DNA of 18,058 nucleotides from Pseudomonadota bacterium. Its GTDB lineage: Bacteria; Bdellovibrionota_B; Oligoflexia; Oligoflexales; CAIYRB01. How positions within the stretch are numbered: position 1 is the first letter of the stretch; each line of letters opens with the position of its first letter. The notes under the pieces were generated by a model. That model did not search any database and was not told the DNA's origin. It worked only from the letters and a program-made list of their open reading frames with translations. Where the stretch lies: positions 1 to 18,058 of the forward strand of contig JANOTL010000089.1 of assembly GCA_031416315.1 (NCBI GenBank). The letters are read 5' to 3'. The translations under genes were made by a program, and so were the position numbers. Below, in pieces: positions 1 through 8,375 of the stretch.

Positions 1-379
1 TGTCGTCGTCGCCGTCCTTCAAGATCTCGCCTTTGAGACCAAACTTCATTCCTTTATAGGGACGCTGGCCGTAGACCTGCTTCGCCACCGGCGCGGTCGA
101 CGGTTGCGGCTTCAGGAGCGGCACCGAGAACGTGCGCAGCCACCGGTCCTCGTTGAATTTCCCGTATTGGCTGCGCAGGCCGCCGCCGTTGGGGTTCACG
201 TGACAGCCCTGGCAAGAGAGCGTGCAGCGCCGATCGACCGGCTCGAGATTCTTGCGGCCGCCGACGTGACAGCCCGCGCAATTTTGCGCGAATCGCGTCG
301 ACAGCCAGGGCTCCGCGGCGGCCGGCCCCGCGAAAAACCAGCTTCCCAGCAGGACGATCGAAAGAAGGCACCAGCGCAT
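1..379 (-). CDS. Exported c-type cytochrome with at least 2 CXXCH heme motifs; 5' part only, runs off the left window edge
   Basis: Manual translation from ATG 379 (GGAG 5 nt upstream): [84 protein letters not shown]...KDGDDD. Open to position 1. Sec-type signal peptide ending AAA; CAGCH at 266-280 and CQGCH at 200-214. Not in the ORF track because it has no stop in the window. Confidence 0.88.
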   Translation of the reverse strand, partial: MRWCLLSIVLLGSWFFAGPAAAEPWLSTRFAQNCAGCHVGGRKNLEPVDRRCTLSCQGCHVNPNGGGLRSQYGKFNEDRWLRTFSVPLLKPQPSTAPVAKQVYGQRPYKGMKFGLKGEILKDGDDD

Positions 380-407
380 CGTGGCTCCAAGGTCTCAATA
401 TGCGGAA

Positions 408-421
408 GGTTTCAGGCGATT
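408..421. repeat. Left arm of a 14-bp perfect inverted repeat (GGTTTCAGGCGATT)
   Basis: Exact reverse complement of AATCGCCTGAAACC at 3399-3412. Both copies are intergenic and flank leuS-hemJ. Confidence 0.6.
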
Positions 422-447
422 CTAGCCGCATGGGTGCGCGCCCGCAA
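419..447 (-). promoter_or_regulatory. Putative sigma70 promoter of the cytochrome gene
   Basis: Minus strand TTGCGG (447-442), 17-nt spacer, TAGAAT (424-419), about 40 nt upstream of ATG 379. Confidence 0.6.
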
Positions 448-451
448 GCAG

Positions 452-480
452 GCGACACCCGGGGCCTATCCTTGTAACAT
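452..480 (+). promoter_or_regulatory. Possible sigma70 promoter of leuS
   Basis: GCGACA (452-457), 17-nt spacer, TAACAT (475-480), followed by GGAGG (494-498) and TTG 506. The -35 match is weak. Confidence 0.35.
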
Positions 481-505
481 GAGGGCTTCCACCGGAGGGC
501 CCCTC

Positions 506-2947
506 TTGAGCGCGATCCACCGCGACTACGACTTCAAAGCCATCGAAGCCACCTGGCAAAAGTACTGGGACGATCACAAGACGTTCAAGACGCCGGATGC
601 CGACGGGTCGAAGCCGAAGTACTACATTCTCGACATGTTCCCCTACCCCTCGGGCGACGGCCTCCACGTCGGCCATCCCGAAGGCTATACGGCGACCGAC
701 ATCCTTGCGCGCCACAAGCGCATGCGCGGCTTCAACGTCCTCCATCCGATGGGCTGGGACGCCTTCGGCCTGCCCGCCGAGCAGTACGCCGTGAAGACCG
801 GCAAGCACCCGCGCGAGACCACGGCCCGCAACGTCACGCGCTTTCGCGAGCAGATCAAATCGCTCGGTCTCTCATACGACTGGGACCGCGAGGTCGACAC
901 GACCGATCCCGGCTACTACAAATGGACGCAGTGGATCTTCCTGAAGCTCTTCGAGCGCGGCCTCGCCTACGAGTCCTTCGCCCCGGTCAACTGGTGCCCC
1001 GAGCTCGGGACGGTCCTGGCCAACGAGGAGGTGATCGACGGCAAATCGGAGGTCGGCGGCTTCCCGGTCATCAAAAAACCGATCCGCCAGTGGGTGCTGA
1101 AGATCACGGCCTATGCCGAGCGCCTGCTGGCGGATCTGGACCTCCTCGACTGGCCCGAGAGCTCGAAGGAGATGCAGCGGAACTGGATCGGTAAGAGCAT
1201 CGGCGCCAACGTCACGTTCGCGGTCTTCGGCTCGGCCGAGTCCTTCGGCGTCTTCACGACGCGCCCCGACACGCTCTTCGGCGCGACCTTCTGCGTGCTC
1301 TCGCCCGAGCACGCCCTGGTGAAAAAGATCACGACCCCGGCGCAAAAGCCCGCCGTCGACGCTTACGTCCTCGGTGCCGCGCACAAATCCGACATGGAGC
1401 GCACCGCCCTCGGCAAGGAGAAGACCGGCGTCTTCACCGGCGCCTACGCATTGAATCCCGTCAACGGCGAGCGCGCCCCCATCTGGATCGCCGACTACGT
1501 CCTCGTCACCTACGGCGAGGGCGCGATCATGGCCGTCCCGGGCCACGACGAGCGGGACCATGAGTTCGCCGTCAAGTTCGGCCTGCCCATCAAGCGCGTG
1601 CTCACCGGCGGCGATGAGCCCGACATCACGGTGAAGGCGCACACCGGCGACGGCGAGCTGGTGAACAGCGGCTTTCTCGACCAAATGATGAAGGCCGAGG
1701 CCATCGCAGCGATGTGCGCCTGGCTGGAGAAGAACGGCAAGGGCAAGAAGGCCATCACCTACAAGCTCCGCGACTGGCTCTTCTCCCGCCAGCGCTACTG
1801 GGGCGAGCCTTTTCCCCTGGCCCACGACAAGGACGGCAAGGTTTTTGCCGTCGCCGAGGCCGACCTTCCCGTCCTCCTTCCCGAGCTCGATGACTTCAAG
1901 CCCTCGGGCAACGCCGAGTCGCCCTTGGCGCGCGCGGGCGCCTGGCTCGAATACACGAAAGACGGGAAGACCTACCGCCGCGAGACCAACACGATGCCGC
2001 AGTGGGCCGGCTCCTGCTGGTACTACTTGCGCTACATCGACCCGAAGAACGACAAGGCCGCCTGGGACAAGGACAAAGAGAAGTACTGGATGCCCGTCGA
2101 CCTCTACATCGGCGGCGCCGAGCACGCGGTGCTCCATCTTCTCTACGCGCGCTTTTGGCACAAAGTGCTCTACGACTGCGGGCTCGTCTCGACAAAGGAG
2201 CCGTTCCAGCGTTTGATCCATCAGGGAATCATCCTGGGCGAGAACAACGAGAAGATGTCGAAGAGCCGCGGCAACGTCGTCAACCCCGACGACGTCGTCG
2301 CCGAGTGGGGCGCCGACTCCTTGCGCCTCTACGAGATGTTCATGGGGCCGCTCGAGGCCGCGAAGCCGTGGCAGACGACCGGCATTACCGGCGTGCACCG
2401 CTTCCTGAAGCGCGTCTACCGCTTGGTCGTCGACGAAGACGGCGCGCTCAGCAAAAAGATCGACGCGCCCGCGAACTCGCCCGAGTTCGAGCGCACGCTC
2501 CACAAGACCGTGAAGAAGGTCACCGAGGATACGGAGGCCTTGCAGTTCAACACCGGCATTGCCGCGATGATGGAGCTGGTGAACGCTGCGTACAAGGAGC
2601 CGCAGATCACGCGGAAGGCCGCCGAGACCCTGGCGCTCCTCGTGGCGCCTTACGCGCCGCACTTGGGCGAAGAAGTTTGGAAGATCCTCGGGCATCAGGA
2701 GACCGTCGCCTACGCACCCTGGCCGACCTTCGACCCGGCCTTGGTGGAAGACGACACCGTCGAGATCGCCGTGCAGGTGAACGGCAAGGTGCGCGCCACG
2801 CTCACCACGGCCAAGACCGCCACGAAGGATCAGGTGATGAAGGCCGCGAAGGAGCATGAAGGCGTCAAGAAATGGCTCGAGGGCAAGGAGCTCGCGAAAG
2901 AGATCTTCGTCCCCGGAAAGATCGTCAACTTCGTCGTGAAAGGCTGA
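506..2947 (+). CDS. leuS: Leucine--tRNA ligase
   Basis: [18 protein letters not shown] (HIGH motif), [17 protein letters not shown] and [13 protein letters not shown] (CP1 editing domain), [24 protein letters not shown]. Start moved from 104 to TTG 506 (GGAGG 7 nt upstream; 813 aa starting [14 protein letters not shown]). Confidence 0.98.
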   Translation: MSAIHRDYDFKAIEATWQKYWDDHKTFKTPDADGSKPKYYILDMFPYPSGDGLHVGHPEGYTATDILARHKRMRGFNVLHPMGWDAFGLPAEQYAVKTGKHPRETTARNVTRFREQIKSLGLSYDWDREVDTTDPGYYKWTQWIFLKLFERGLAYESFAPVNWCPELGTVLANEEVIDGKSEVGGFPVIKKPIRQWVLKITAYAERLLADLDLLDWPESSKEMQRNWIGKSIGANVTFAVFGSAESFGVFTTRPDTLFGATFCVLSPEHALVKKITTPAQKPAVDAYVLGAAHKSDMERTALGKEKTGVFTGAYALNPVNGERAPIWIADYVLVTYGEGAIMAVPGHDERDHEFAVKFGLPIKRVLTGGDEPDITVKAHTGDGELVNSGFLDQMMKAEAIAAMCAWLEKNGKGKKAITYKLRDWLFSRQRYWGEPFPLAHDKDGKVFAVAEADLPVLLPELDDFKPSGNAESPLARAGAWLEYTKDGKTYRRETNTMPQWAGSCWYYLRYIDPKNDKAAWDKDKEKYWMPVDLYIGGAEHAVLHLLYARFWHKVLYDCGLVSTKEPFQRLIHQGIILGENNEKMSKSRGNVVNPDDVVAEWGADSLRLYEMFMGPLEAAKPWQTTGITGVHRFLKRVYRLVVDEDGALSKKIDAPANSPEFERTLHKTVKKVTEDTEALQFNTGIAAMMELVNAAYKEPQITRKAAETLALLVAPYAPHLGEEVWKILGHQETVAYAPWPTFDPALVEDDTVEIAVQVNGKVRATLTTAKTATKDQVMKAAKEHEGVKKWLEGKELAKEIFVPGKIVNFVVKG

Positions 2948-2951
2948 GTCC

Positions 2952-3386
2952 TTGCAATATCTCTTCTTCAAATGGCTGCACTTGATCGCCGTGATCAGCT
3001 GGATGTGCGGCGTCCTCTACGGCTACCGCCTGCTCGTGAACCTCGCCGACCGCGGCGAGGACGCCAAGATTCGCGGCGTCCTCGTCGAGATGTTCGGCCG
3101 GCTCTACCGCGTGATCACCATGCCGGCGATGGGCATCGCCATCCTCGCAGGCTTCGGGATGATCGCCACGACGCCGCAGATCATGAAAGGCGCGGGCTGG
3201 TTGCACACCAAGTTGCTCATGGTCGTGCTCCTGATCGTCTCCACCGTGCTGATGAAGCGCTACCTGCGTCGCCTCGAGGCCTGGGGCGCGGACCGGCCGC
3301 AGGGGAAGACGCTGCGCCTGCTGAACGAGGTCCCGACGCTCTTGATGATGGTCATCGTCGGCCTCGCGGTGTTTAAGCCGTTCTAA
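2952..3386 (+). CDS. hemJ: Protoporphyrinogen IX oxidase HemJ (CopD-like/UPF0093 membrane protein)
   Basis: 144 aa, about 4 TM helices; KWLHLIAVISW, RLYRVITMPAM, GWLHTKL and LNEVPTLL..IV.LAVFKPF are typical HemJ blocks. TTG start 4 nt after the leuS stop. Confidence 0.85.
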   Translation: MQYLFFKWLHLIAVISWMCGVLYGYRLLVNLADRGEDAKIRGVLVEMFGRLYRVITMPAMGIAILAGFGMIATTPQIMKGAGWLHTKLLMVVLLIVSTVLMKRYLRRLEAWGADRPQGKTLRLLNEVPTLLMMVIVGLAVFKPF

Positions 3387-3398
3387 CGCGGCCCAGGT

Positions 3399-3412
3399 AA
3401 TCGCCTGAAACC
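3399..3412. repeat. Right arm of the 14-bp perfect inverted repeat (AATCGCCTGAAACC)
   Basis: Exact reverse complement of 408-421; starts 12 nt after the hemJ stop. Confidence 0.6.
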
Positions 3413-3486
3413 ACGGCCAAACTAAAACCCTTTGCGGCTTTCCGCGGCCTGGGCAGTCTTTGCCCGCCGCGCGCCGCCGCAAGCAC

Positions 3487-3495
3487 TGATATTCT
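3487..3495 (+). promoter_or_regulatory. Possible extended -10 promoter element for the transglycosylase-cyclase operon
   Basis: TGaTATTCT matches TGn-TAnnnT, about 50 nt upstream of TTG 3548. Confidence 0.35.
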
Positions 3496-3547
3496 TTAGG
3501 AAGTCCCGCCTTTCCTCCGCCTCGGACCCTACTCCTCGGATCCCTCG

Positions 3548-5749
3548 TTGCGTTACCCCACGTCGCTGAAACGCCTGCTGCGCCCCCAGCGCCTCGCGAT
3601 CGCCGCTGCCGCGGCCGTCGTGATGCTCTTCGTCATGGCGTTCGGCTGGCTCGAGCTGACGAAGTACGCGCGCCGCAAAATCGACCAGACCGTGGCGAAG
3701 CTCGAGAAGCGCCTCGGCGTCGAGATCAAGATCGGCAAGACCAAGCTCGGCCTCGGCGGCGCGGTCTTCGAGGACATCGTCGTCGGCGCGGACGGCGCCG
3801 TCGTCATCAGCCGCGCCGCGGCCGAGGTCGGCCTCAACCCGTTCGCTGACGACTTCGGCCAGCTCTCCTCCGTCGTCATCCAGCGGGCCCGCGTGAAAGC
3901 GGCGACGACGGCCTTGAAGGGGCCTTTGAAGGACTCGCTCGAAGAGCTCGAAGGCGTCGCCTCGCCGGAAGGCAAGGACAAGGCGCGGAGCAAGGCGGCG
4001 CGCGCCGCGCTCGAGAAAGCCTTCGCCTCCCTCCCGGTCGACAAGCTCCTCGTCCGCGGTGGCGCCTTCACCATCGTCGACGAGAAGGGCGACACGCAGA
4101 TCGCGGTCAAGGGTCTACGCCTGATGATCGACCGCGCGCGCTCGAAAGCGTTGTTCCAAGCGAGCCAAGTGAAGACTGGGAGCGGCGTCTTCGAGCGCTC
4201 GCTCGAGGGCCGCTTCGAGCTGATGCCCAAGGAAGACGCCTACCGCTTCTATTTGCGCAAGCGCACCGCGCGCAACGGCCGGGGCGCCTGGTCGGTGGCC
4301 GGGCGCTTGGCCAAGGATCTCTCGCGCCTCGAGAGCGACCTCGACCTGCAGAGCCTCCCCGCGTTCCTGGTGCCCGCCTTCCATGCGGTCCTGGGCGACA
4401 CGCCGCGCGTCAGCTTGAAGGGCCGCGCCAAGGCCGAGCGGAAGGACGGCGTCTGGAGCTTCGAGACCGACCTCGCGAGCAAAGGCACGCGGATCACGGT
4501 GCCGCTCGTCAGCACCATGCCGCTCGGGCCGATGAGCTTCGATCTTTCCGTCAAAGGTCGATACGACGGCGCCGCGCGCCAGCTCAACGTGGACGAGATG
4601 ACCGTCTCGCTGCCCGAGCAGACGGGGAAGAAGGCGGCGAGCGCCGCGCGGTTCGGCCTTTCGTTCGAGGCGACCTTGCCCGAGCGCTTCACGAACGCCG
4701 AGGGCGAGCGCGACCTGAGCGCCTTCGCGCTCGCGGGCTCGCTCGTCCTCGCCGAGACCGACTGCCAGACTTTGCTCGACGGGGCGCCGCAGGGGCTCCT
4801 GCCGGCATTGAAGGGCTTCAAGCTCACCGGCGTCGCCAACGCCACGCTCGAATTCGCCTTCGACGGCTCGCGTCCCGAGTCGGTGCAATACGACTTGAAG
4901 GACGCGCGCTACGGCTGCAAGGTCAAGGCCGAGCCTTTCGACTACTCGCCCGAGCATCTCGCCGGCCCCTTCACGCTGCAGCGGGAGGTGTCCAAGGACG
5001 ACGAGCCGCTCGAGATCTCGGTCAGCCCGATGAAGAAGGGCTATACGCCCCTGGTGCAGGTGTCGAAGAACGTCGGGATCGCCTTCACGACCTCCGAGGA
5101 CGCCGGCTTCTACGTGCACCGCGGCATCGACGCGTTCGCCATCGACAGCGCCTTGCGCCGGAACCTGACCGAGAAGCGCGTCGCCGTCGGCGGCTCGACC
5201 ATCACGATGCAGACCGCGAAGAACCTTTTCTTGAGCCACGAGCGTACGATCTCGCGGAAAATGCAGGAGCTCTTCCTCGCCTGGCACCTGGAGAACGTGC
5301 TCGACAAGGACCGGATCCTCGAGATCTACCTCAACATCATCGAGTTCGGGCCCGGGATCTTCGGCATCACTCAGGCCTCCGACCACTTCTTCGGCAAGCA
5401 CCCTTTCGACCTGACGCTGATGGAGTCGGCCTACCTCGCGGCCCTCCTGCCGAACCCGAAGGCGCGCTACCAGTATTTTTGCGAGGGCCGCCTGACGCCG
5501 GCGTTCCAGGACATCGTCCAGGGGATCCTCCGGCGCATGGTGAGCTTGAACCGCATCCCGTACGAGCGCTACTACCAGGCGCTCGCCTCGGGCATCGACT
5601 TCAACGCGGAGGCGCGCACCGGCGCCCGCGAATGCACGAAAAAGAGTTGGGCCGAAGGCGCGCCGCGCACCGCAGCCCTGCAGAAGAAAGACAAAGACAG
5701 AGGCGGCGAGCTCGACCCGCGCCCCTTGAAAAACGACGGAGACCGATGA
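3548..5749 (+). CDS. Monofunctional peptidoglycan glycosyltransferase (GT51/Transgly domain) with N-terminal TM anchor and long AsmA-like beta-rich region
   Basis: All five GT51 motifs in the C-terminal third: SEDAGFYVHRGID, GGSTITMQTAKNL, RKMQE, KDRILEIYLN, LAALLPNP. No transpeptidase domain follows. N-terminal hydrophobic helix. Exact start uncertain. Confidence 0.88.
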   Translation: MRYPTSLKRLLRPQRLAIAAAAAVVMLFVMAFGWLELTKYARRKIDQTVAKLEKRLGVEIKIGKTKLGLGGAVFEDIVVGADGAVVISRAAAEVGLNPFADDFGQLSSVVIQRARVKAATTALKGPLKDSLEELEGVASPEGKDKARSKAARAALEKAFASLPVDKLLVRGGAFTIVDEKGDTQIAVKGLRLMIDRARSKALFQASQVKTGSGVFERSLEGRFELMPKEDAYRFYLRKRTARNGRGAWSVAGRLAKDLSRLESDLDLQSLPAFLVPAFHAVLGDTPRVSLKGRAKAERKDGVWSFETDLASKGTRITVPLVSTMPLGPMSFDLSVKGRYDGAARQLNVDEMTVSLPEQTGKKAASAARFGLSFEATLPERFTNAEGERDLSAFALAGSLVLAETDCQTLLDGAPQGLLPALKGFKLTGVANATLEFAFDGSRPESVQYDLKDARYGCKVKAEPFDYSPEHLAGPFTLQREVSKDDEPLEISVSPMKKGYTPLVQVSKNVGIAFTTSEDAGFYVHRGIDAFAIDSALRRNLTEKRVAVGGSTITMQTAKNLFLSHERTISRKMQELFLAWHLENVLDKDRILEIYLNIIEFGPGIFGITQASDHFFGKHPFDLTLMESAYLAALLPNPKARYQYFCEGRLTPAFQDIVQGILRRMVSLNRIPYERYYQALASGIDFNAEARTGARECTKKSWAEGAPRTAALQKKDKDRGGELDPRPLKNDGDR

Positions 5750-8370
5750 GCCTCGTCGCCGACAAACCCACGCCCGAACCAGCCCGAGGCCTCGCCTCCC
5801 ACGTAGCCGCCGCTGTGCGCGCGTGGTGGCGGCGGCATTGGTACAGGAGCTGCACCTTCCTAGCCGTCCTTTTTCCGGCTTTGGCGGCGCAATCTTTCTT
5901 CCCGATCATTCCGCAGTCGGCCTGGGAGATGGTCGGCGAGAGCGTGTACGCGACGCTGCTCGGCTACCAAAGCCCTGACGTCGCGAAGCCTTCGCGCGTG
6001 ATGCTCCTCGAGGTCGATCAACGGACGCTCGACGCTTACGGCTGGCCGATCGACCGCGGCTATTACGCCACCATGTTGGCCAAGCTCCAAAGCTCGGGCC
6101 ACCCGTGGGTCCTCTCCCTCTTGCAGTTCCAAGCCCTGGAGAAAGCGAAGCAGACCGCCGAGGACAAGAGCGCTGCAAAGAGCCGGGACGAGGCGCTGGC
6201 GGCCGCTATCAAGGGCTACGGCCGCTACGTCGGCTCCGGCCTCGAGATCCGCTCCGGCGCCGAGCTGACGCCCGATCAGGAGGAGCGCCTCCTGCCGTCG
6301 ATCACCCTGACGAAAGCAGGAGCGGTGCCGGAGCTCCCTTACCTGCCCCTTCGCCTGATCGAAGACCAGAGCTTCGTCGAGGCGCAGCGCGCCTTCGGGT
6401 TCGGCACGCATTTCGGCCTGTCGCCAGTGATCCGGTGCATGCAGTTTTACATCACCGACGCGGCGCACAGCGGCGCCTTCGTCATCCCGTCGTCGCTCGC
6501 CTGGGCCGCGACTTATGCGCGCGAGGCGCGGATGGCGACGATGAGCGGGGCGAGCTGGCCGCGCTCGAGCGACGTGCCGCCGGCCGGGACGGCAGAGGCT
6601 CTGCAACTCGGCTACAAACATTGTCTGTCGAGTCCGGGCCTCGTTACGCGCGACTTCCTGACGCAGCGCCGGATCGAGCGCGTCTCCCTCGCGGATTTCA
6701 TCGAGTCGGACCGCCGGCAAAGCCTCGAGGGCAAGGTCGTGATCCTGGCGCGCGCCGACATGCGCCGCTTCCGCGGGCCGGGATCGGCCACCGCGACCGA
6801 CGACGGCGTCGTCGAGGAGCAGCTGCTCGCGGCCCGCTTTCTCGACGACCTCCTGACCGACCAGGCGATCCGCCGTGAAGATGCGTCGCGCGTCCGTTTC
6901 ATGACGAGCTTGCCCTTGATCCTCGCCGCGGCCCTGTTCGCGGTCGCCATCTTCGTCAGCCCCTTCGGCGCCGTCTTTTCCGCCCTGATCGTCCTCGGGG
7001 GCCTAGCTGGCCTCGCCGGCTTCAACCTGGCGCGCGGCGCCTATTTGATGCCGCTGGAAGCCATGGCCTCGATGGCGTTCACGGCGGCCTTCCTCAGCCT
7101 CCTCTACGCCTATCTCTTGTTCCACTGCATGCGCCGCGAGGTGCGGCTCGCCGACGGGCTCAGGCGCCAGCTCTCCGCGTCGAACACGCTCGAGTCTTTG
7201 GAAGAAGGCATCCGCGAGGTCTGGCGCGTCGAGTTCCCGAACGGGGACGTCGACCTCGTCGACTACGACCGCGAGCTCTACGCGGCGGCCGGCGATCCGA
7301 GCGCGCTGCTCGCCTTGCTCGAGCGCAGGAAGCGAGGCCACTACGAGCTCCCGAAGCCCGCGGCCTTCGACACCGTCGTTTCGCGGATGACCAAGCGGAT
7401 CGGCCGTACGCCGGCCTCGGCGCGTTCTTTCAGCCTGAAGCTCGCGGTCGACTCGCCCTCCGGCCGCCTCGGCGCGGTGCGGCTCTCCTGCAGCTTTGCG
7501 GCGCACGAGGAGCGGCTCGTCGCGCAATTCGTCAACATCATGAAGCTCGAGGTCTCCGAGCACTGGCACCGCATCAAGATGCTCGTCGACCAGAAGCTCC
7601 TCGACTACAAGGTCCTGGCCGAGCAGAGTCGCGTCGAGATCCTCGAGCGCTTCCTTACCAAAGTGCTCGTGGCGAAGTTCTCCGACGACTTCACGATGGA
7701 GGAGAACCTGCGCACCGTCCTGACGCCCCGGACGACGCGCGCGGCGCTGATGCAAGCCGACATCCGCGGGTACTCGCGCGTCTCCGCGAACATGGAGCCG
7801 CTCGAGATGGCGCGCCTCCTCCAGGGCTACTTCCGCAACGTCGTCGACGCAGCGCAGACCGTGGCCCAAGTGAAATTGATCGGCGACTGCATCTTCCTCT
7901 TCATCGAGGAGGACGCGGGCAAGGACGGCGCCTCGCCCACCGACCTCGCGCTGGAGCTGGCCGCCATCTTGATCGACGAGACGCGGGCGCAAAACGCGAT
8001 CCGGGCCAAGTCGGGCGGCGAGGAGCTTAATTTCGGCATCGCCATCCACTACGGCGAGGTCGTGGTCGGCAACCTCTCGTCCGACTCGTGCATCGACTAC
8101 ACCGTCATTAGCCCGAACGTGAACCTGGTCGCCCGCCTCGAGGAGGTGACCAAGAATCCCGGCATCGCCCGGGCGATCGGGGCGAACGGGATCATCCTTT
8201 CGGAAGAAGCGGCCAAGGCCCTACGCAAGTATCAAAACGCGAGCTTGCCGCTGCTGCGCCTCGACGAGATCGGGGTGACGGTGCGCTCGTTCCCGAACGT
8301 CAAGACGGTGCGTGGGCTCTCGGCGGATGAGGCTTTGATCCTCTTGCCGTCTAAGGTTGGGGCGGCTTGA
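5746..8370 (+). CDS. Membrane-bound class III adenylate cyclase with CHASE2-like sensor (TM-CHASE2-3TM-GAF-like linker-cyclase)
   Basis: ATG 5746 overlaps the upstream TGA (ATGA). CHASE2-like blocks LLEVDQRTLDAYGWPIDRGYYATML and LEGKVVIL; three TM helices; cyclase motifs MQADIRGYS, VKLIGDC, GIAIHYGEVVVGN, DYTVISPNVNLVARLE. The Lys/Asp pair indicates ATP specificity. Confidence 0.9.
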   Translation: MSLVADKPTPEPARGLASHVAAAVRAWWRRHWYRSCTFLAVLFPALAAQSFFPIIPQSAWEMVGESVYATLLGYQSPDVAKPSRVMLLEVDQRTLDAYGWPIDRGYYATMLAKLQSSGHPWVLSLLQFQALEKAKQTAEDKSAAKSRDEALAAAIKGYGRYVGSGLEIRSGAELTPDQEERLLPSITLTKAGAVPELPYLPLRLIEDQSFVEAQRAFGFGTHFGLSPVIRCMQFYITDAAHSGAFVIPSSLAWAATYAREARMATMSGASWPRSSDVPPAGTAEALQLGYKHCLSSPGLVTRDFLTQRRIERVSLADFIESDRRQSLEGKVVILARADMRRFRGPGSATATDDGVVEEQLLAARFLDDLLTDQAIRREDASRVRFMTSLPLILAAALFAVAIFVSPFGAVFSALIVLGGLAGLAGFNLARGAYLMPLEAMASMAFTAAFLSLLYAYLLFHCMRREVRLADGLRRQLSASNTLESLEEGIREVWRVEFPNGDVDLVDYDRELYAAAGDPSALLALLERRKRGHYELPKPAAFDTVVSRMTKRIGRTPASARSFSLKLAVDSPSGRLGAVRLSCSFAAHEERLVAQFVNIMKLEVSEHWHRIKMLVDQKLLDYKVLAEQSRVEILERFLTKVLVAKFSDDFTMEENLRTVLTPRTTRAALMQADIRGYSRVSANMEPLEMARLLQGYFRNVVDAAQTVAQVKLIGDCIFLFIEEDAGKDGASPTDLALELAAILIDETRAQNAIRAKSGGEELNFGIAIHYGEVVVGNLSSDSCIDYTVISPNVNLVARLEEVTKNPGIARAIGANGIILSEEAAKALRKYQNASLPLLRLDEIGVTVRSFPNVKTVRGLSADEALILLPSKVGAA

Positions 8371-8375
8371 AGTTC

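Noticed and set aside
200..226. CX3CX2C read as a radical SAM motif
   Set aside because: The protein has a Sec-type signal peptide, the motif ends in CH (heme type), the usual aromatic residue before the last Cys is missing, and no radical SAM core follows.
54..458. 134-aa minus-strand ORF in the track
   Set aside because: Wrong frame: the overlapping frame from ATG 379 has an RBS, a signal peptide and two CXXCH motifs.
104..505. N-terminal extension of leuS, or a T-box/attenuator leader
   Set aside because: It overlaps the cytochrome gene on the opposite strand, LeuS similarity starts near 506, and the 126-bp gap has no room or motif for a T-box or Leu-rich leader peptide.
872..2971. Long antisense and alternate-frame ORFs (872-2971, 4115-5401, 7003-8049, 15464-16933, 16806-17561 and similar)
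   Set aside because: Typical shadows of high-GC coding strands, with no motifs and lying almost entirely over well-supported genes.
5479..5745. Upstream extension of the cyclase ORF
   Set aside because: It overlaps the GT51 gene; ATG 5746 with an ATGA overlap is the natural start.
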